A stretch of 49,283 bases of DNA from Clostridiales bacterium UBA6468 (lineage in GTDB: Bacteria > Bacillota > Clostridia > Oscillospirales > Oscillospiraceae). Location: assembly GCA_002436765.1 (NCBI GenBank), contig DJNI01000032.1, positions 4,546 to 53,828 of the forward strand. The letters are read 5' to 3'. The notes under the pieces were generated by a model, which was not told the DNA's origin, did no database searches, and was given only the letters and a program-made list of their open reading frames with translations. Positions 43,920 through 49,283 of the stretch are shown piece by piece; position 1 is the stretch's first letter; each line of letters begins with the position of its first letter. Made by a program: the position numbers and the translations under genes.

Positions 43920-45908
43920 TTATATCTCCGGGAGTGCCTTCGCGTTGCAATCGCTCATGGTCATGCGGGGATAGGTGTCCGCAATGCGCTGATATTCTTC
44001 GTATGTAATGGGTGTCAGGTCTTGCTTTAGGGGGTCAAAATCTCTGTCCCGGTACCATTTGACGTTATCGATGTAGTTAATGTAAGCAATGCTCTCTATC
44101 GGGACTGCTGTTTTGTTTTCCACCTGATAATAGGTGGTGCCGGTTCCGCCGGAGCCTCCGCTCAAGTACTCCAGAACATTTCCAGCACACAAATAAAGGA
44201 ACCCGCTCAGAATCTCCCGTGCAGTGCCGTTCTGAACGACTGCCACTTTACAAAGTCCCCAGTCCCTGTTAAACAGCAGCAGTTCATCCTGCCCGTCGCC
44301 GTCCAGATCACGAAGTGCATAGTAATTTACGACGATTGTCTGATCCGTGGCAACTGCGGAAAGATACGCCTTGTAATCGGCCAGTTCCGGGTCATAGCTC
44401 TCGGCACTGTTTTCTGCGAATGGCGTGATGGCTATGGGAAGACTGGCAGCAGCGCTGTAAATTTCATCCTCCGTCCAGTTTTCGTCGGTGATCGGCGCAA
44501 GATCATTCTCGCCCGTCCCCCGGAACCATGGGTGATCCGGGTCTTGCATCGCGTCAAACCGGATAAGGCTGTCCGTGACCAGCCGCCCTTTGCTCAGGTG
44601 GCAGTACACATAGTCCGTGGACGCAGCGCTGTTCGACCCGATGTTCAGGATGCGGTATCCTTCCCGCAGCTCATAGGAATTCCGATCCCAGCCGGTGAAC
44701 ACATGCACCACATTGCCGTCCACCAGAGAATACAGGTCGTAAATGACCTGCCGTTCGGCGTCGTTGGTGATGATAAGCTCGTCCGTACCATCATTGTCCA
44801 GATCAAGGAGCGCATAGCCCAGCTCGCTGGGGGTGGTTACGTAGCTCACCAGAAGGCTGATATCCGCGTTGATGCATTCCTCCCCGCCCCAGTGTTCCGT
44901 AAGGGCGGTGGTATATTTGGCGATGAGCGGCTGGTAGGCTTCCGGAATCGCGGTAGCGTTCTCGGTGGGGGCGGTGGTTTCGGCGGGGTCGTTCCGGGTT
45001 CTTGGCGCGAGGGACAGGTCAAAGGTGTTGGCAAAGGCTTCCAGCGTCGCCTTTCCCGTCTGGCTGTCTCCCGTCGTGGCGTTCATCACCACGATCACGA
45101 CAACGGAGTCGCCGGTGTCCGTCAGCACAAGGGAATTGTTCTGCCCCACGGCAATGAGAACGTCCGTCCCGGCGGTGGTGACGAAATTCGACCACTGGTA
45201 GCCGCTGGTATTCTCGATTTCCCAGTAAGCCGTGGAGAGGGTCTGCTTCATGGCGCGGTACGCCCGGTATTCTATGGGGTAGTCCACGCCGCTGACCGTG
45301 GTCGCGCCCCAGAACTCAAAATTGCCGTCGGCAGAATAGCTGGGGTTGCTGGTGGTCACGTCCCCGTTCCCGGAGTCCTTGACCATGCTTCTGACATTCA
45401 GTGCAGTGAACATTTCTTCGGTCGTATCCGGGGAAATCCCGTTTCCGACCTTGTTCAGGCCATATTTTGTGCAGATTTCGTCCACCTTCTGCGCCATTTC
45501 CGTGTTCCGGCAGCCGTAGGCGCGGTAGGCTTCGGAGAGGGTTTCGTCTACGTCGCCTGTTGCGTTGTAGCTCTGGACGTAGTCCTTGATCTCCATGCTG
45601 GCCTTGTAATTCGCCGAGGATCGGAGGCTTTCCAGCGTCAGCGGCGCGGCGGGGACATTGGACACGGACGGCGAAGCCTTATCCATCCGTCCGATGACAA
45701 AAATACCCAGCAGCACCACCGCAAACAGCGCCGCGGCGGCGGGAATGATCGTCCACCAGCGGGAAGTCGATGCTTTCTGCTGATGTGCGCCCCGGCGATG
45801 GGGTTTTTCGGCGGGAAGCTGGGCTTCCAGAGCCGCGCGCATTCTGGCAATCTGGGCGGAAGTGGGGTTGACCGTGTTCAAAGCGTCACAAATCACTTGG
45901 CTTTTCAT
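43920..45908 (-). CDS. Putative anti-sigma factor (single TM, large extracellular region)
   Basis: ATGA-coupled to the ECF sigma gene; short cytoplasmic N-terminus, one TM, extracellular part with two DLDxDGxDEL motifs. Confidence 0.7.
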   Translation of the reverse strand: MKSQVICDALNTVNPTSAQIARMRAALEAQLPAEKPHRRGAHQQKASTSRWWTIIPAAAALFAVVLLGIFVIGRMDKASPSVSNVPAAPLTLESLRSSANYKASMEIKDYVQSYNATGDVDETLSEAYRAYGCRNTEMAQKVDEICTKYGLNKVGNGISPDTTEEMFTALNVRSMVKDSGNGDVTTSNPSYSADGNFEFWGATTVSGVDYPIEYRAYRAMKQTLSTAYWEIENTSGYQWSNFVTTAGTDVLIAVGQNNSLVLTDTGDSVVVIVVMNATTGDSQTGKATLEAFANTFDLSLAPRTRNDPAETTAPTENATAIPEAYQPLIAKYTTALTEHWGGEECINADISLLVSYVTTPSELGYALLDLDNDGTDELIITNDAERQVIYDLYSLVDGNVVHVFTGWDRNSYELREGYRILNIGSNSAASTDYVYCHLSKGRLVTDSLIRFDAMQDPDHPWFRGTGENDLAPITDENWTEDEIYSAAASLPIAITPFAENSAESYDPELADYKAYLSAVATDQTIVVNYYALRDLDGDGQDELLLFNRDWGLCKVAVVQNGTAREILSGFLYLCAGNVLEYLSGGSGGTGTTYYQVENKTAVPIESIAYINYIDNVKWYRDRDFDPLKQDLTPITYEEYQRIADTYPRMTMSDCNAKALPEI

Positions 45909-46393
45909 CTGTCAGCACCTCCTAACATGGTCATAAGCTGCTTTCTTGCCCGGGACAGACGGCTGCGGACGGTGCTTTCCGGACAATTCAGGTGGGCAGC
46001 GATCTCCGCAGTGGTGTATCCCTCGTAGTAGTACATATAGACGACGTCCTTGTAGTCCTGAGGCAGCGCCAGAATGGCGTCCAGCACGTCATTTCCCGTC
46101 TCCGTCCGCTCCTGGGGCAGGGACGTGTAATCGTCTATGTTCTCATTTTTTCGCCACCACTTTTTCAGGGTGTCCTTGCAGAGATTTGACGCCGTGATGA
46201 TGAGCCACGCCTTTTCGTGGCGTTGGTCTGCAAAGGGCTTTCCGTTGGACATCAGCCGCAGGAAGGTCTCCTGGGTCATATCCTCTGCTTCCGGGGCGTT
46301 TTTCATGTATGCGTAGCAGACACGGTAAACGGTGTCTACCTGACGGTCATAGATTTCCATGATTTCTTTGTTGGTGCGCAGCAAAGTAGGCAT
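45905..46393 (-). CDS. ECF RNA polymerase sigma factor
   Basis: VYRVCY..AEDMTQETF..KAWLI region 2; YYYEGYTTAEIA..ESTVRSRLSRAR region 4. Confidence 0.92.
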   Translation of the reverse strand: MPTLLRTNKEIMEIYDRQVDTVYRVCYAYMKNAPEAEDMTQETFLRLMSNGKPFADQRHEKAWLIITASNLCKDTLKKWWRKNENIDDYTSLPQERTETGNDVLDAILALPQDYKDVVYMYYYEGYTTAEIAAHLNCPESTVRSRLSRARKQLMTMLGGADR

Positions 46394-46419
46394 TTGCCTT
46401 CCCCTCCTCTCGGTTAAGA

Positions 46420-46446
46420 AACGATTGAGCCGGTCAAAACGTTGCA
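46420..46446 (-). promoter_or_regulatory. ECF-type promoter upstream of the ECF sigma gene
   Basis: TGCAAC-17 nt-CGTT on the minus strand (AAC/CGT ECF consensus). Confidence 0.65.
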
Positions 46447-46465
46447 AGGGCGGATATTTTTTCGC

Positions 46466-46502
46466 AAAAACGCTGTCATCCCGCCGCAGCGGGATGACAG
46501 CG
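46466..46502 (-). terminator. Intrinsic terminator after pgsA
   Basis: CGCTGTCATCCCGC/GCGGGATGACAGCG stem with a T-tract on the minus strand. Confidence 0.75.
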
Positions 46503-46510
46503 CTTTCTTT

Positions 46511-47041
46511 TCAGCTCCACAGGCATTTCCAATTCTTAACAAAATATTCCGCGCCGGAATAGACCGTGGTGACGACAATGACGCCGATGACGACCCAGTT
46601 GAGCACGGCCATACCGGGCAGCGCCATCATCACGCAAAGCCCTACCATGGTGCTGGCAGTCTTGACTTTGCCGCTCCATCCGGCGGCGATCACATGCCCC
46701 TTCTGGACGGCGATCAGCCGCAGTCCCGTCACGGCAAATTCCCGGGTCAGCACGATCATCAGCGCCCAGGCGGGGAACACGCCCCACTGGCAGAACATGC
46801 ACATGGCAGCGATCACCAGCAGCTTGTCAGCCAAAGGGTCAAGGAATTTTCCAAAATCCGTGACCTGATTGTAATGTCGGGCAATGTAGCCGTCCAAGGA
46901 ATCCGTCAGGCTGGCAACGATAAAAATAGCGAGGGAAATGTACATCCACATCCCCGGCACGCCGCCGGATAAGTACATGGTCACCATAAACGCCGGGATC
47001 ATTGCCACCCTCACCAGCGTAATTTTGCTTGCCAGCGTCAT
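46511..47041 (-). CDS. pgsA: CDP-diacylglycerol--glycerol-3-phosphate 3-phosphatidyltransferase
   Basis: TDSLDGYIARHYNQVTDFGKFLDPLADK, REFAVTGLR, GKVKT; follows rimO. Confidence 0.93.
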   Translation of the reverse strand: MTLASKITLVRVAMIPAFMVTMYLSGGVPGMWMYISLAIFIVASLTDSLDGYIARHYNQVTDFGKFLDPLADKLLVIAAMCMFCQWGVFPAWALMIVLTREFAVTGLRLIAVQKGHVIAAGWSGKVKTASTMVGLCVMMALPGMAVLNWVVIGVIVVTTVYSGAEYFVKNWKCLWS

Positions 47042-48372
47042 GCTTCTTCCTCCACTACATAGCCGCACAGATCACCGTCGGTGCAGCCGTCAATTTTTAC
47101 CATAACAAAATCGCCCTCATGAACCGGCTCGTCGGACGCGATCCAGACCCGGCCGTCAATGTCCGGGGAGTCGGCGAAGGTGCGGCCGTAGAACTGCCCG
47201 CTTTCCTCGTCGTAGCCGTCCACCAGAACCTCCATGGTCTTGCCCAGCTTTTCGGCGTTGTAGGTGTCCATGATCTCCGATTGCAGCATTTCCACGATCT
47301 CCGCCCGCTTGACGGCGGTGTCCGTGTCCACATGCTCCATCTGCGCGGCGGGGGTGCCTTCCTCCGGCGAGAACGCAAAGGCGCCCACCCGCTCCAGACG
47401 TTCTTCCCGCAGGAAATCGCACAGCTCAGCAAATTCTTCCTCCCCCTCACCGGGCAGGCCGGTGATCAGGCTTGTGCGGATGACCAGTCCGGGAATTCCG
47501 GCTCTCAGCCTTGCGAACAGGGCTTTCAGGAACGCCCCGTCGCCCCGGCGGTTCATCAGCTTCAGGATCTTGCTGTTGCAGTGCTGGATGGGGATGTCCA
47601 GATATTTGACGATCTTCGGCTCGGAAGCCATGACCTGAATGAATTCGTCGTCGATTTCGTCAGGATAGACATAGTGGACGCGGATCCAGTGCAGTCCATC
47701 GATCTCGCAGAGCTTCCGAAGAAGCTCCGGCAGAAGCCGCTTGTGGCCGGGCAAGTCCGTGCCGTAGCGGCTGGTGTCCTGGGCGACCACGATCAGCTCC
47801 TTCACGCCGCTGCTCGCCAGCATCCGGGCTTCGTAAAGCACGTCGTCCATCTGGCGGCTGCGGTATTTGCCCCGAAGGGAGGGAATGACGCAGTAGGAGC
47901 AGTGGTTGTCACAGCCCTCGGCGATTTTGATAAAGGCGTAATGCCCCGCCGTGGTCATGATGCGTCCCGTTTCCACTTCCGGTGCGTCGATGGAACCAAA
48001 GTCCACCACCTGCTCCCCTTCCAGCAGCTTTTCAATGGCGGGAACGATTTCCGTGTAGCTCCCGGTACCCAGAATGCCGTCCACTTCCGGCATTTCCTTC
48101 AGAATGTCCCCCTGATACCGTTGGGACAGGCAGCCGGTGACCAGAATTTTGCCCACCAGCCCCTCCGCCTTCAAAGCGGCGGTCTGCAAAATGTAGTCGA
48201 TGGCCTCGGATTTTGCCGAGTCGATAAAGCCGCAGGTGTTGATGACCACCACGTCGCTGCCGACAATGTCCGACTTGACGGTATGTCCCGCCTCCTGCAC
48301 CCGATACATCATCCGCTCGCAGTCCACCTGATTCTTGGCGCAGCCGAGGGAGATAAAACCAATATTTGCCAT
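47038..48372 (-). CDS. rimO: Ribosomal protein S12 methylthiotransferase
   Basis: SLGCAKNQVD, NTCGFI, CDNHCSYC radical SAM motif, C-terminal TRAM (DSPDIDG). Confidence 0.95.
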   Translation of the reverse strand: MANIGFISLGCAKNQVDCERMMYRVQEAGHTVKSDIVGSDVVVINTCGFIDSAKSEAIDYILQTAALKAEGLVGKILVTGCLSQRYQGDILKEMPEVDGILGTGSYTEIVPAIEKLLEGEQVVDFGSIDAPEVETGRIMTTAGHYAFIKIAEGCDNHCSYCVIPSLRGKYRSRQMDDVLYEARMLASSGVKELIVVAQDTSRYGTDLPGHKRLLPELLRKLCEIDGLHWIRVHYVYPDEIDDEFIQVMASEPKIVKYLDIPIQHCNSKILKLMNRRGDGAFLKALFARLRAGIPGLVIRTSLITGLPGEGEEEFAELCDFLREERLERVGAFAFSPEEGTPAAQMEHVDTDTAVKRAEIVEMLQSEIMDTYNAEKLGKTMEVLVDGYDEESGQFYGRTFADSPDIDGRVWIASDEPVHEGDFVMVKIDGCTDGDLCGYVVEEEA

Positions 48373-48375
48373 AAT

Positions 48376-49005
48376 TCAGAATTCCTCCGGAAAATCTTCT
48401 GTGTCAAAGGAAAGCGCGTCCAGCGCCCGCCGGATGGTTCCGTAATTGTGACCCCGTCGAATCAGGGCATCCACGGCACGCCTGACCTGCTTTTCATCGG
48501 AGTCCGCGTCCAGGCGGCTTTTCAGAAACGCCGTGATTTTTTCCGTCTGGTCTGGGTAGTCCGCAAGCGCTTCGTCCCAGTATTCCTTGGGTATACGCTT
48601 CTCGTAGAGCGCCTGCTTGGCGCGGGCAAGGCCGTAGCCCTTGGAAATGCAACTGCTCACCACCTGCTCCGCCGTCGCCCGGTCGTCCACCAGATGGAGG
48701 TCTTCCATCCACGCAACCGCTTCTTTGGCCTGCCGGGGGTCTTCCCCCTTGCGCACCAGCCGGGCTTCCAAGTCCCGGCGGGAAACGCTGGCGGCGGAGA
48801 CGATGCGGACTGCCCGCATTTTCGCGGACATCTGCCCGGCGGCGGTGCGGAGGGCTTCCATCTCCTGCTCGTCCAGCTCCTTGCCGGAATAGAGGGCGAA
48901 ATCCTCCACCGTCTGGCGGTACAGTCCCATTTTTGTCCCGTCGTCAAAGGTCACCCAATAGCGCCCCGCCCGGTCGGGAGCCGTTTTCAGGGACTCAATC
49001 TTCAT
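48376..49005 (-). CDS. recX: Regulatory protein RecX
   Basis: Follows recA; S..DL..RL..KG, LVDD..A, KGYG..R..QALYEKRI, ALIRRGH repeats. Confidence 0.88.
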   Translation of the reverse strand: MKIESLKTAPDRAGRYWVTFDDGTKMGLYRQTVEDFALYSGKELDEQEMEALRTAAGQMSAKMRAVRIVSAASVSRRDLEARLVRKGEDPRQAKEAVAWMEDLHLVDDRATAEQVVSSCISKGYGLARAKQALYEKRIPKEYWDEALADYPDQTEKITAFLKSRLDADSDEKQVRRAVDALIRRGHNYGTIRRALDALSFDTEDFPEEF

Positions 49006-49283
49006 CACTGAAGTCGTCGGCGCTGACGGCTACGCCCTTATCGGCGGCCTTGGCAGGCGGCTTGGGAGCACCGTTGTTCAGCTTCCACAGGTTCTCCCGC
49101 ACATCGGCTTCCACCTTCTCGGCGATGTCGGGGTTGGCGATGAGGTAATCCTTCACGGAGTTCGCGCCCTGACCGATCCGCTCGTCGCCCATGGAGAACC
49201 AGCTGCCGCTCTTCTGGATGATGTCGAGCTGCACCGCCAGATCGACGAGCTCACCCCACTTCGAGATGCCCTCGCCGTACATG
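48995..49283 (-). CDS. recA: Recombinase RecA, 3' end (starts outside window)
   Basis: MYGEGISKWGELVDLA..IIQKSGSWFS..IGQG RecA C-terminal domain. Confidence 0.95.
   Translation of the reverse strand, partial: MYGEGISKWGELVDLAVQLDIIQKSGSWFSMGDERIGQGANSVKDYLIANPDIAEKVEADVRENLWKLNNGAPKPPAKAADKGVAVSADDFSDED

Noticed and set aside
43920..44400. Diversity-generating retroelement variable region at the anti-sigma C-terminus
   Set aside because: No template repeat or reverse transcriptase is present in the window.

Overview
A GC-rich chromosomal window from a spore-forming Clostridia. Gene order and protein styles suggest Oscillospiraceae (inference). Most of it is core genome: trmD(partial)-rimM-khpA-rpsP-ffh-ylxM, a ZnuABC-type metal ABC transporter with tsaA/trmO, luxS-mtnN, HAD-pepV-dipeptide epimerase, carD, pyk, asnB, sporulation/germination genes, trpS/gltX, a type I pullulanase, an ECF sigma/anti-sigma pair and recA(partial)-recX-rimO-pgsA. 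I saw no CRISPR array, prophage, rRNA, tRNA or intact transposase. The most unusual items are: (1) an intact LPKTG-anchored thioester-domain/pilin-like protein in which nearly every residue for self-crosslinking chemistry appears substituted; (2) a SleC-like cortex hydrolase split into a separate pre-domain gene and a mature-enzyme gene with no propeptide; (3) a pullulanase fused in frame to a MutT-like Nudix domain; (4) a membrane-anchored deacetylase-like protein that lacks its catalytic motifs and has a long acidic tail; (5) three unrelated structured non-coding elements, one with a 28-bp target duplication and one in the gltX leader; (6) paired palindromic operators at ylxM-ffh and at two membrane-bound XRE genes. 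All family calls come from motif recognition by eye, not from database searches.
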